A stretch of DNA of 64,000 nucleotides from Tubulanus polymorphus (Eukaryota > Animalia > Nemertea), in NCBI RefSeq assembly GCF_964204645.1, contig NC_134025.1, forward strand, positions 31,166,299-31,230,298, in the 5' to 3' direction. The notes below the pieces were generated by a model, which was not told where the DNA came from, ran no database searches, and saw only the letters and a list, made by a program, of their open reading frames with translations. Made by a program: the position numbers and the translations under genes. This document shows positions 63,884-64,000 of the stretch, in pieces. Each line of letters begins with the position of its first letter. Within the stretch, counting starts at the first letter, position 1.

Positions 63884-64000
63884 GGCATTTAGATACTGAT
63901 TACAAGAACAATTCAATTTATCAGAGTGTACAACCGCACTGCACTGACTTGAGAGTGATATCTGAGTTGGCTGATACAGTAGACCCCGTTCAAGTCGGAT

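Overview
AT-rich, intron-rich, repeat-laden animal genomic DNA. The TALE homeobox genes suggest a spiralian/lophotrochozoan invertebrate (inference). Two multi-exon genes lie head-to-tail on the minus strand: a PDE3-family cGMP-inhibited phosphodiesterase (12 phase-consistent exons, 40234 to <1, 3' end outside the window) and TULP4 (12 exons, 61062 to stop at 44881, first coding exon outside the window). One 5.3-kb TULP4 intron (50236-55555) holds two intronless, divergently oriented TALE-class homeobox genes (SPILE-like). They share an unnamed C-terminal motif, each has its own TATA and polyA signals, and they are flanked by CTCF-like motifs in convergent orientation. PDE3 intron 1 holds five tandem 69-bp units, each folding as a minimal type I hammerhead ribozyme, inside an inverted-repeat element. 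The rest is MITE-like elements, tRNA-derived SINE-like heads, minisatellites and microsatellites. Most ORFs in the supplied track are repeat artefacts.
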